Assembly: GCA_000004985.1 (NCBI GenBank)
Contig: GG738885.1
Source of the DNA: Naegleria gruberi
Lineage: Eukaryota
DNA length: 64,000 nucleotides
Strand: one strand, 5' to 3'
The position numbers were made by a program, and so were the translations under genes. Shown piece by piece: positions 52,438 through 64,000 of this stretch; position 1 is the stretch's first letter, and the number at the start of each line of letters is the position of its first letter. Below the pieces are notes generated by a model. It ran no database searches and was not told the DNA's origin. It saw only the letters and a program-made list of their open reading frames with translations.

Positions 52438-53952
52438 ATGCCTTCCCTAACGAATATAATATCACCCCCAGCAAGTCCTTTGCTTTCTCTGATAGGTTTT
52501 TCTAAAAAGCCTTCATCTTCAACAACCACTATCAACAACTCTAATCATCAACCAACGAATAATAATACACCTACGAATAATACCAACAACAACAACAACA
52601 CTAACAATACAACATCATCATGTACTAAATTAGCACCAAACCTAGAGTTGTCTGATATTGCTGATCATGATGGATTTGTATCAATATCACCAACTTCAGT
52701 CGAGTCAATACCTTCATCATCGGATTCACCATCATCAATATTAAGTTCTAATTCTTCTCTGATAGGATCAGGATGGTTATCGAGTGGAGGATCTAATCTA
52801 ATGACTCCCCTTACAAATTGGTTTCAATTAAGTAATATAACAACTCCTCTTACTGACAATATTAAAAATGTTAGTGATAATATTAAAACATCAACATCTA
52901 ATATCCGAACATTTGTAACATCTACTTTGAAAGGTGCTTTGTCACTTACAAGTTCTAGTGGATCCATGAAAGGAAAAGAAGGATTAGGTGATTTTGTTTT
53001 TGTGGAACATGATGATACAATTACTCAAAAACCAACAACACAAGAAAGCTTAATTCAAATTTCATTGAATCTTTATAATCTAACTGAATATTCGAGTACT
53101 TTATCACCATTATTTTATAATGATGAACTATTGCCTATTGACGAATATAAGCAATTTTTAATTGACTATTCCGAGAAAATTAATACTTTCTTATTAAAAT
53201 ACTTTAAAATGGAGCCAAATATTGGCATTAATTCAAAGAATTTATTAGAATTATATGACCTTTGTTCTCTAATAACAAAAGATCAACAATCTAAATATTC
53301 ACAAAATATTGAAAAGTGTATTCAAAAACTGATATTTGAAATAATAGCTGTTGATGGTACATTTAATGTTCATTATGAAAAAGATACAAAATTATACAAA
53401 AAGCTTAAACTATTCCAAAATGTGCTGGAACCAAAACATATTAGTTTACCAAATGATTTCTATAAAAATGAAGAAGCAGCTTGGAATGAGTGTATTCACT
53501 TGTTAAGAAAACTCAATCAGTACAAGACACCATATGGTAAAATTTATATTGTAGAAAAGGTTTTTAAACGAGTATCTGAAATTTGTACACAAGTAGATCG
53601 AGCATTCTCATCAGATCATTTATTAAGTTGTTTAATTTATCTAGTTTTGAAAGCTTGTCCTCATAATCTTAATAGTGATATGTGGTTTCTAGTTACTTTC
53701 TGTTTGGATGGAATTTATAGAAATGAAGGAAGTGAATTGGACTTTTTATTAACAACCATGTATTGTGCCTTAGAGTTTTGGGAAAATGTTCCAGCTTTTG
53801 ACCAAACTGAACAATCAGACGAAAAGATATTTAAATCTTTTATTGTTGATGAACAAGAAAAGACCAAATTCAGGAAGGCATTCAAATTAGCGAGAAGGAA
53901 AACACAAACACTCGAAAAGATTATTATTGAGAATTTCACGAGTAAAAATTAA
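52438..53952 (+). CDS. VPS9-domain protein (putative Rab5-family GEF) with an N-terminal Asn/Thr/Ser-rich region
   Basis: The C-terminal part matches the VPS9 domain. SSDHLLSCLIYLVLKACPHNLNSDMWFLVTFCLDGIYRNEGSELDFLLTTMYCALEFWENV aligns to Rabex-5 [33 protein letters not shown]...GEDGYYFTNLCCAVAFIEKL. The N-terminus carries poly-N/T tracts (TNNNTPTNNTNNNNNTNNTT). Confidence 0.65.
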   Translation: MPSLTNIISPPASPLLSLIGFSKKPSSSTTTINNSNHQPTNNNTPTNNTNNNNNTNNTTSSCTKLAPNLELSDIADHDGFVSISPTSVESIPSSSDSPSSILSSNSSLIGSGWLSSGGSNLMTPLTNWFQLSNITTPLTDNIKNVSDNIKTSTSNIRTFVTSTLKGALSLTSSSGSMKGKEGLGDFVFVEHDDTITQKPTTQESLIQISLNLYNLTEYSSTLSPLFYNDELLPIDEYKQFLIDYSEKINTFLLKYFKMEPNIGINSKNLLELYDLCSLITKDQQSKYSQNIEKCIQKLIFEIIAVDGTFNVHYEKDTKLYKKLKLFQNVLEPKHISLPNDFYKNEEAAWNECIHLLRKLNQYKTPYGKIYIVEKVFKRVSEICTQVDRAFSSDHLLSCLIYLVLKACPHNLNSDMWFLVTFCLDGIYRNEGSELDFLLTTMYCALEFWENVPAFDQTEQSDEKIFKSFIVDEQEKTKFRKAFKLARRKTQTLEKIIIENFTSKN

Positions 53953-54042
53953 GTATGTTGTTTTTCAATAGCTATTGTACTAATTTCTTTTGAAGATTTC
54001 AATCTGAAATTGCTTTAGACAATATCATACTGTAGGTTTTGT

Positions 54043-57000
54043 ATGGTAAAATGTTGGCGCCAAAATTTTGCAGACTTGGTAAAACTAAACTACAAAAAAA
54101 TGTTCCAACAACCAAATCACCTACAAGAGGATAATAGACATTTGTTGGCGGACCAACAGAGTATTACTTGGATGAAAGGAGTCATTCAAGACAAATTAAC
54201 AAAACACAAAGACACATCAGTACAATGGCCACCCGAAGCACAAAGGGTTGTTGCAGAATTTCTGATTCATGATGAAAATCTCTTGTTGTTCGCTTTCATT
54301 AATAATAATCAATACATAGTATCTGGCACTTATGAGCTTGCTAAGAAGAATGTTTGGGATCGTTTGCTCTTTATACTTAAGGATAAGCCTAGTGAAGAAG
54401 TGATATCATTGGATAATATTTCGACAATCATGTCATATGGTATCCTCACTCACGAATTACTCGGAGATTTCTTAAACTTGATGAAAAATTACTTTACACC
54501 AGATCTTATGGAAGCAAAATCTAATTGGCCAGAAAGTAGGTTCTTTTAATAATAATTAACTAACATTTCTTAAGGTCTTCAAAAGGATTTCCTATCTCAA
54601 CTTCACAAATTTATGGCATATTTAACAGAAACATATTATAGATCAAAAGGATCAACAGTACTTTACGTACCAAATGAGGATATTGATTTAGAAAATGCTA
54701 AAAACCAAAAGGATTTAATTCAAAGATTAGAAATCGCTTTGATGCACTGGACTTCCCAAATTAGAGAAGTTGTTAGCGAAAAGGATTCATATGGAGAACA
54801 TGGTGATAATGCTAGACCATTGTCGGAAATTGAATATTGGAGATCCAGAGCAGATGACCTTATTAACATTAAAAAGCAAATCCAAAGAGAAGATGTACAG
54901 AAGATAGTTACAGTTCTATCTAATTCGATATATTTAAGTACTTTTGAGAAATTATCGACTGATATTCAAAAAGGTTCAGATGAAGCCTTGGATAATCTTA
55001 AATACTTGAAAACTTTGCAAGAACCTTGCGAAAAACTTGCGCAAGCAAGTCCACAAATGATTTCAGACATTTTACCAGAAATATTATTCATGGTTCAATT
55101 AATTAATTCTAATTCTAACAGCTATAATACATCTGAAAGAATATCTGGATTGCTTAAAAAGATCAGTAATGAAATTATTCACATTTGTACAGCCAAGATT
55201 TCTTTGACAGATATTTTCAATGGAAATGTTGAGCAATGCATGGAAATTTTAAACCAAAGTATCAAGGCTGGTGACTACTGGAAAAATTTATCATTAGAAG
55301 AGAACGAAAGTGATGCATTTAATTATGATAAGAGTAGTGTTTTCTCTGAAATTGATGCTTTTGTAGTAAGATGTGGAGAATTACTTGAGGTTTGTGAAGC
55401 CCAGTTACAATTTGGAAGTTTCACAGCATCAATAGATAATACAAAGAATGGTTTACCAAAGTTTGGAGGTACTAAAGGACCTGAGGTGACAAAGAGTTTT
55501 GTTGATATCAGAATATCTTTCCAAAAATTAATTAACGACTTGAGTAATCTCAAATATCCAATTTTGGATGTTAAATCAACTAATTGGAATGATGACTACA
55601 AGAAATTCAAGAATGGAATTAAGGATTTGGAGACTATGATGCAAACGGTTATTACTAACGCTTTTGAAACTGTAACTGACTTGCAAAATGGTATTGAATT
55701 GTTGGAAGCTTTTTCTTATTTAGCAAAACGAGAATCAATTAAGAGAAGTATTGAAACCAAGACTCAATTCATATGTTTGAAATTTATCAAAGAGCTGGAG
55801 GATGTTCAAAAATCTTTTGAATTACATAGAAAAAACCCTCCTGTTCCATTTATTTATCCAACCTATTCTGGTTCGGCTTTATGGGCTAAAAGACTTCAAG
55901 ACAGAATTAAAAGAGATAAGGATTACTTGAATAAGGCTCACTTTTTACCAAGAACAAAGGAACATCAGGAAGTTGAAAAGAAATATCAACAAGTATATTC
56001 AAATTTAGAGAAACATGTGTTGTCTATGTTTGAATCTTGGAACCACTCTTTTTCAGGGCCAGAGCTTCATTATAAGTTAGAAATTCCTTTGCTTGTTAAA
56101 TTTGAAAAGATGTTGAAACTCAACTTTGACACAAGCTTGTTAAACATTTTTGAAGAAGTTAAATATTGGCAAAGATTTTCTAATTTTGATATTAATGAAC
56201 AGGCTTTAGAAATGTATTGCTATGCCGAGCAAATGCGTTTGTACAGAGAAAATGTTGCATTAGTCGCTAGGGATTATAATAGTATTATTACCAGTTTATC
56301 CGAGCAAGAATCTAGGTTGTTTGTCAAATATATCAAAGAAATTGATAAGCAAATTCTTCCAGGGTTACATACTCTGGGTTGGACATTGAAAATGCATAAC
56401 GAGCATTATCTTACTGAATCAAGGAAGAAGTGCAAAGATGTTAAGGAAATTATTTGCGATTTTAAGCACAATGTTACACAAATTTTTTTGAATTGTAAGA
56501 AAATGGCAGATACATTACTGATTAAAATTGAAAATAAGAAAGTATATGATGGTGAAACAAATGAGTTTGAAAGAGAACAAGAATCATACAGAAAGCTGGT
56601 AAAGGATGAACTTGTTAAGTGTCATGAAAATATTGTAAATATGATGGTTAAGCTTTATGGATATTTTGCAAATGGAGGTCCAGAGATATTCGAGGAATGG
56701 TGGGCCTTTGTTGACAATGTTGAACTTAAGATTGATCAGTCCTTGAGAATGACAGTCAAAAAATCCCTCCAAAAGCTTCTTAACTCTATTAATGGAGTTG
56801 ATTCTGAAAAAAATAATGAAGGAGGTGGAATCAATAGAAATCCATTGTTCCTTGTTAGAGTTGATTTGAAAGAAGAAAATGAAGATGAAATCAATCCTGG
56901 TTTAAATCCAAATATCAAGGAAATGATGACAATGGTAACAAACGTAAACGGTGAAACAACCAAGATTGTTACTGTCGTGCCTCGTTTGAAGAGGGTTCTT

Positions 57001-60000
57001 AAGGAGAAAATCCTAGTACATATAAGAGAGGACAAACCAGAGATAGAAGAGGATAAAATTGATCCTAACTTGTTTATTCCTGAGGAAGGATCTACAAATT
57101 ACTATGAAAAGAATATTGAACTTGATCCTGATATTATCAAATCAATTGTTTCTATTATGGAAGGAATGGATGCTATCACCACAAGAGTTTCAGAAAATCT
57201 TAATGAATGGAAAGAATCATTCAAATCTATTTGGAGTGTGGATAAGGACAATTTTATCAGAAGATTTGGTATTCCTCATAACCGTAATGCAGGCTCTTTC
57301 GAGAAAGAAATCAACAAATATAGAGATGCTCACCAAGAAATTCAAAATAAGGATCCAACAATGTACATTGGTTATTTGCAACTTGATTTTGCTCCACTTA
57401 AACAAACACTTTTCATGGAATGTAATCAATGGCAATCTAAACTTCTTGATCTCTTGCATAGTAACACCAAGAAAGAGCTTGATAAGAATTATGAACTTTT
57501 CGAAAAGAATGGAAAGGGATTACGAGAGGAACCAAGAAATCTTGAAGCTTTGGAAAAGAAAATCGAACTTGTTGCAAGAATGGACGCTGATTATCCAAAG
57601 AAGAAGGCTGGTTTCACTCCTCTATATGAGCAATATGAGTTGTTGAGAAATTACGATGTCAAAATTGATGACCGTGAACAAGACAATCTCGATAATTTGG
57701 CTGATAACAGCGCCAAGTTTGAAGAACTAATTGAAAAGGCAAGAGGTGAATTAGAAAATCAAAAAGAAACTTTCCGTATGAAGTTGAGGGCAAATATCGA
57801 CATTTTTGCAAATTCACTTATTCAACTCAAAGGAGAGTTCGAAAATACAGCACCTTTCTCTTCTCAATACAGCTTTAAAGAAGCAAAAGCAGTTCTTGAT
57901 TCTTTCCGTGATAAAGTTGAAGCTAAGAAGAAAGAAGAAGAAAAGCTTAAGAATGGTTTGAAGATATTCAACATGCAACCACAACAATACAAAGAAATCA
58001 AAGATGTTGCTAAGAGCATTGAATCACTTGAAAAAGTTTGGGTGCTCAAGAGTGAATGGGACAAAACTTATGATGAATGGAAGTATACGCTCTTTGGAAA
58101 GCTAAACATTGAGGAAATGGAAGGAACTTCCACAAGAATATCATCAAAGCTCACAGCAATGGGAAGAGAGGTCAGAGATTGGGGAGTTTTCAATGGGTTA
58201 ATTGACAAACTTAATCTTGTAGCTAAAGTTTTGCCATTAATTCAACAGCTTAAGAATCAAGCCATGAGAAAGAGACACTGGTCTGAACTCAAGGATATTA
58301 TAAAACAAGACTTTGAGGAGAATTCTAAAGAGTTTAACTTGGAAAAGATTTTCAAGCTCAACTTGGAAAATTATGTAGATGATATTACAAACATTTCTAA
58401 TAGAGCAAGTCAAGAATTAATTTTAGAAAAAGAAATTAAGAAGATTAGTGATATTTGGTCTAATACTTTCTTAGACATTGTCCCATATAAGGATAATTAT
58501 TTCAAATTACAATCCACAGAACCTATTTACATTAATTTGGATGATAATGTTGCTTCACTTGGTGGTATGAAGTTAAATCCATTTATAACATCATTCCAAA
58601 GTGATGTCAAGTTCTGGGAAGAAACTTTGGCAAAAATTAACGAAGTTATCGATTTGCTATTGCTTGTTCAAAGACAGTGGATCTATTTACTTAACATTTT
58701 TGATGTTGAAGATATTCAAAAACAATTACATAATGAATTTGGTGTATTTAAATCCGTAAACTCTAGTTGGAAGAATTTAATGAAATCTTTGAGTGATAAT
58801 AGAGGAATACTCGCTATTGCTAAGAGAGATAACATTAATATCTTACTTTCTGAAATGAATTCCAAACTTGAGTTAATCCAAAAGCAGTTAGATGGCTATC
58901 TAGAATTGAAGAGACAAGAATTCCCAAGATTCTATTTCTTGTCTGATGATGATTTGCTTCAAATTTTGGGTCAAAGCAAAGATCCTAATGCCATGCAACG
59001 TCACTTATCTAACTTATTTGAAGGAATTAAGATGTTGAAGATTGAAAAGTCCAGTGATTCTCGTCAATTTGGATTCTTTGCCAAGAGTTTTATTAGTAAA
59101 GAGGGAGAACAAATGGAATTCAATCACCCAGTCCCACTTGAAGGAAATGTTGAAAAATGGCTTTCACAAGTTGAATTATCTATGAAAGCATCTATTAAGA
59201 GAGGTATTTTGAAATGTTTTTCAGCTCTTAAGAATTACTCACAAGAGTCCTCAAGAGAGTCTTGGATCAAGGAATGGCCTGGTCAATTAGTGCTTTTGTC
59301 TTCCCAATTATATTGGACTAAGAAGATTGTTAACGTCCTTTCAAAGCAAAAAGAACCATCAAAGATTTTGAAGGAACTCAAACTTAGACTGAAACCAGAA
59401 TGGATGGACTATCTTACAAGTTATAGTTCTATGGGTAAGGATATGAAGTCACTTGACAGACTCAAAGTTATTGCTCTTATTACTCTCGAAGTTCATGCAA
59501 GAGATGTTATTGATAGATTGATCAAATGTAAGGTAACATCTTGTGATGACTTTGAATGGCAAAAACAAATGAGACTTGAGTGGGATGAAGAAAAGGATGG
59601 ATGCATTGTCAAGCAAGGAACTAATGAAATTGATTATGGTTATGAGTACATTGGTAACTGTAGTAGACTTGTTGTTACACCATTAACAGAAAAATGTTTC
59701 CTGGCTCTTACAACAGCTTTACAACTGAAGAAAGGTGGTTGCACACAAGGTCCAGCAGGTACTGGTAAAAGTGAAACTGTCAAAGACCTTGCCAAGGCTG
59801 TAGGTAAACATACCTTAATCCTCAACTGCTCTGACAGATTTGATTATCAATCAATTGCAAAAACATTCTCAGGTATTGTTCAAACAGGTTCTTGGTCATG
59901 TTTTGATGAATTTAACAGACTTGAACTCGATGTTCTTTCAATTGTTGCACAACAAATTCTTCAAATTTTGAACGCTGTTTCAATTGGTGTTGAGAGCTTC

Positions 60001-63000
60001 ATTTTTGAAGGGAATGATATCAAGATCAATCCTACCTGTGGTATTTTCGTTACCATGAATCCTAACTATGTCGGAAGAACAGATTTACCAGATAATTTGA
60101 AGGTTCTTCTCAGACCAGTTGCAATGATGGTTCCAGATTCTTCTTTGATTTGTGAAATCAAACTTTACTCACAAGGATTTAAGGATACTCAAACATTATC
60201 AAAGAAAATTACAACTATTTATGGTCTTCTTAATGACCAACTCTCCAAACAACCTCACTATGATTTTGGTCTTAGAAACATATGTTCTTTATTAAGTACT
60301 GCCGGTGAATATAGAAAGAATCAATTAACAGAGGATGAAGATTTAATTATTATGATGGCTTGTAGAAGTATGAATCTTCCAAAATTGAAACCAGAAGACA
60401 TTCCAATCTTCAACTCCATCATGAGAGATATGTTCCCTAACAAAGAGTTTATTGACAATGTTAATCAAGCATTATCAGATGCCATTACTCAGGTCTTAGT
60501 TGAGCAAAATTATCAAGTTTCAAATTATATCATTTCAAAATGTGTTCAACTTGAAGAAATTTTGGCTGAAAGACATGGTGTCATGTTGATTGGTGATACA
60601 ATGTCTGGTAAATCAACTACTTGGAAGATTCTACAACACTCTATTAGTAAGGCTTTCAGAACTGATATCAAGGAATATGTTATCAATCCAAAATCTTTGA
60701 ATCATGATGAACTTTATGGTAATTATGATAAGAGTAGAGATTGGAAAGATGGTGTATTCTCATCTATCCTTAGAGAAGCTGTTAAAGACTCAAAAGAAAA
60801 CAAACATCATTGGATTGTTTTTGATGGTCCAATAGATACACTTTGGGTTGAATCAATGAATACTCTGTTGGATGATACCAAAATGTTAACTTTAATTAGT
60901 GGTGATAGAATTCCATTAACACCAAATATTAATCTCTTATTTGAAGTATCAGATGTGAAATCTGCTTCCCCTGGTACAATCAGTAGATGTGGTATGGTTT
61001 ACTTTAACTCTAATGAGTTGGGATGGAAACCAATATTGAAGAGTTGGTTTAATCAAAGAAGGAAGTACGAAGAAAAGATTGGTTATCCTACACCTGATAC
61101 TATCATTGAATTCTTGAGCCAACTTCTCTTGGAAAAGAACTATATCCAAAGAGTTCTTGATGAAAAGAATCAACAACACGAATTAGTTCATTTAGTTGAT
61201 GCACATGCTGTAAAGTCTTTCTGTGCTATGTTTGATGCTTTGGCAACAGTTGAAAATGGACTTGATCCTTCTGATTTGGAAGTTTACCAAGATTTAATTA
61301 AGAAGTATCTTGTTTTCTGTTTAATTTGGACTATTGGTGCATCTGTTGATGAAGAGGGAAGAAAGAAGATGGATATTTTATTCAGAGAATATGATCCTCA
61401 ATTCCCAAGTTCTGATACTGTTTATGAGTACTATATTGATTCAAAGAGCAAATTGTGGAGACCTTGGAATGAAAGGGTTAACACATCTTGGAAGATGCAA
61501 AATGGCGCTCCATTCCACAAACAAATCGTACCAACAATTGATACAGTTAGATCTTCTTTCATTATCCAAGCTTTACTTAAATCTAATCAACAAGTTTTGC
61601 TTACTGGTAATTATGGTGTCGGTAAAACAGCAATCATTCACTCCACATTATCACAATTTGATGAAAGACATTACACCACATGTGCTATGTCTTTATGTGC
61701 TAAGACTGAATCTGCTGCTGTGCAAAAGTTAGTTGAATCAAAGGTTGAAAAGTCATTAGACACATACACACCATATGCAGGAAAACAAATGATTATATTT
61801 GCTGATGACTTTAATATGCCTGAAAAGGATGAATTTGGTTCTCAAGCACCTCTTGAATTGATTAGACAATACATTGACTATGGACTTTGGTATGATAGAA
61901 ACAAATGTACAGTCAAAAAGTTAAAGAAAGTTCAATTACTTGCTGCTATGGGTCCAGAAGGACAAGTTTCTAACCGTTTAATTACTAGATTTAACGTTAT
62001 TAACATTACCGCACCAACAGACGCTCAAATCAGTAGAATTTATGGTACTTTAATCAGTCAAAGATTGGAGAAATTAGAAGAAGCCAAATCCATTACTGAA
62101 GAATTAACAAGTGCAACATTAAGATTATTCAAATCTGTTGTTTCTTACCTTTTACCAACACCAAAGAAGAGTCACTATACATTCAACTTGAAAGATTTAT
62201 CAAGAGTTTTCCAAGGAATTGTTTTTGCTGACCATGAATCTCTTGACAGCAAGGATCAAACCTTGAGATTATGGGTTCATGAATGTTATAGAGTATTCCA
62301 CGACAGACTTTCGAATGAAGAAGATAGAAAGTGGTTTAGAGATAAGATTGGAGAACATTTATCAGATGTTTTTGGATATAAGTGGAGACGTTTGTATAGT
62401 GCTGTTTATGATGAAGTCCAAAACACAGCCCCATCCCAATCACCTTCACCAGGTGCCGAAGCTCCGACTGTCTCAACCACTGATTTTATGGATTCAGATG
62501 GTATTTACAAACCAACTCTTTTTGGTGATTTAATAATGTTCCATGACAAGAGAAGTTATGTAGAAATGCCATCAGTTGAAATGGTAAGACAAGAATTAGA
62601 TACCAGAATTAGAGAATATAATGATAAGTCTGGAAAACCTCCTCTTAAAATTGTTCTCTTCCATGAAGCTATTGAACACATTTGTAGAATTTATAGAATT
62701 CTCAAACAAAGTAGAGGTAATGCACTTTTAATTGGTGTAGGTGGAAGTGGTCGTCAAAGTCTCTCAAGATTGGTTACACACATGATTGGATACAAACTTG
62801 TTGAGTTCCAAATTTCTTCAACATTCTCTCTTAAAGAATTCCAAGAAACAATCAAGGAGATATATTGGGATGCTGGATTTAAGGGTAAAGAAATTGCTTT
62901 AATGTTTTCTGACTCTTCAGTTACTGAGGACATTATGTTTGAAAATGTTAACAGCTTATTAAGTACTGGAGAAATTCCAAATCTATTCAGTGGTGAAGAA

Positions 63001-64000
63001 ATACAAACAATTTATGACACTTGTAAGAGAGAAGCTATCATTAGTGGTTGTAATGATTTGGTGGAAGAAGTCTATCAATACTTTATTGAAAAAGTCAGAA
63101 ACAATATTCATGTCATCACTTGTCTCAATCCTACTGGTAAATTATTCAAGATGAGAATGAGAATGTTCCCAGCAATTGCCAAATATTCAACCATTGATTG
63201 GTTTAATGAATGGCCAGAACCAGCTCTTAGAGAGGTTTCTGGATCTTTCTTGACTGATATCAGTAATGTAGAATACTTCCTCCAAAAGGATGAAGCATCT
63301 GAAAAATCCAGACCAACTTCTCCTTCTTCAAATAAGCCTCATGAACAACAAAAGGCATTTAGAGACACAATTTCTGATGTTTTTGTCAAAGTACATAAGC
63401 ACGTCAAACAAATGTCTGAGAAGATGAAAGCAGAGACTCAAAGAGTCAATTTTATTACTCCATCAAATTACTTGAACTTGGTTAAAGACTTTGTATTCTT
63501 GTTGGAAAAGAAGAAATCAGAGTTTACTAAGGCTGTTGAAGACAATGAATTGGGTGTTAGGACACTTGAAAACACCAATATTGCTATAAAGAAGATGACT
63601 GTCCAATTAGATAAACAACATAAAGAAGTTGATGAAAAGAAGAAGAAATGCGACAACTTGATGGATCACATTGTAGGAAGACAAACTGAAAGTAACAATA
63701 TTAGAGGTCAAATTAGTGTTGAAAAATCTCAAATTGAAAGTGAAAAAGAAAAGGCAAACAAGTTACAAGAACAAAGTAGAAAACAACTTAGTGAGGTTGA
63801 ACCACTGCTTGAAGCAGCAGAAGAACAAATCAAGAATATTGATCCAAATGATATTTATGAAATCAAAAAGTATACCAACCCATCCCAAGAAGTTATCAAT
63901 GTTTTCAACGTAATTTTGATTATCCTTAAGAAGGCAGAAACAAATTGGGAAGGTATTAAGAATCAAATGTCAAATCCAATGAAATTCTTGAACTCATTGA
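54043..64000 (+). CDS. Dynein heavy chain, 5' ~3100 codons; the gene continues beyond the window. Exon 1 is 54043-54535; exon 2 runs from 54575 to past the window end.
   Basis: A single 39-nt intron (GTAGGT at 54536 ... CTTAAG ending 54574) joins ORF 54043-54549 to a frame that is uninterrupted to position 64000. AAA1 has the P-loop GPAGTGKSETVKDLAKAVG at about 59750 and Walker B CFDEFNRLELDVLSIVAQQI. AAA2 has GDTMSGKSTTWKIL. AAA3 has LLTGNYGVGKTAII. AAA4 has LIGVGGSGRQSLSRL. The coiled-coil stalk begins near 63500. The ~1890 residues before the AAA1 P-loop are consistent with cytoplasmic dynein-1 or an outer-arm axonemal heavy chain; the class is undetermined. Confidence 0.9.

Noticed and set aside
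57059-57646. 195-aa plus-strand ORF inside the dynein region, along with several small minus-strand ORFs between 55323 and 61179
   Set aside because: All are out of frame or antisense relative to the continuous dynein heavy chain reading frame, which has clear AAA motifs.
1-64000. A prokaryotic or organellar origin for the window, and any CRISPR, operon or phage-type system
   Set aside because: Spliceosomal introns with GT-AG boundaries confirmed by domain continuity, a polyubiquitin-like gene, FG nucleoporins, Pol III 5S genes and a dynein heavy chain make this nuclear eukaryotic DNA. No direct-repeat-plus-spacer arrays are present.
1-64000. Parabasalid (Trichomonas), Entamoeba or anaerobic-fungus origin, which the AT-richness plus [FeFe]-hydrogenase suggests
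   Set aside because: The presence of a bacterial-type mitochondrial ribosomal protein bL20 and presequence-bearing mitochondrial enzymes implies an organelle with its own translation, which those lineages lack. Multiple short introns and micro-exons are also atypical for Trichomonas and Entamoeba. Rejecting these lineages is itself an inference.

Overview
This window is AT-rich (roughly 30% GC) nuclear DNA from a eukaryote, not a prokaryote. It is gene-dense, about one gene per 2-2.5 kb on both strands. It uses the standard genetic code. Introns are few and short (39-253 nt), with GTAAGT/GTATGT/GTAGGT donors, YAG acceptors and occasional CTAAC branch sites. There are extreme micro-exons, and many proteins carry Asn/Gln/Ser/Thr-rich low-complexity tracts. 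I can support about 35 protein-coding genes and three dispersed 118-nt 5S rRNA genes. The protein-coding genes include an FG-nucleoporin, a Rab GTPase, a mitochondrial-type bL20, mitochondrial KAS and methylmalonyl-CoA epimerase, and a long-form [FeFe]-hydrogenase with a targeting-like N-terminus. They also include a polyubiquitin-like gene, a P450, XPD, calcineurin A, Spt4, a 7TM-RGS receptor, a MAP3K, a VPS9 protein and the first ~3100 codons of a dynein heavy chain. The combination of [FeFe]-hydrogenase, presequence-bearing mitochondrial enzymes, a mitochondrial ribosomal protein and a dynein heavy chain suggests a free-living amoeboflagellate-like protist, possibly heterolobosean/Naegleria-like. 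This assignment is an inference only. Several ORF-track entries begin at alternative TTG codons, or are truncated because a TAA stop lies inside a GTAAGT splice donor. I have corrected starts and exon structures where the sequence allowed. The most unusual items are a single spliced gene fusing DUF1963, 2OG-oxygenase, F-box and actin-related domains, and an 8-nt micro-exon encoding the AGQ of the Rab switch II motif. Others are a divergent tandem di-ubiquitin, dispersed 5S genes with a shared upstream motif plus a 5S-derived fragment, and the N-terminally extended hydrogenase.
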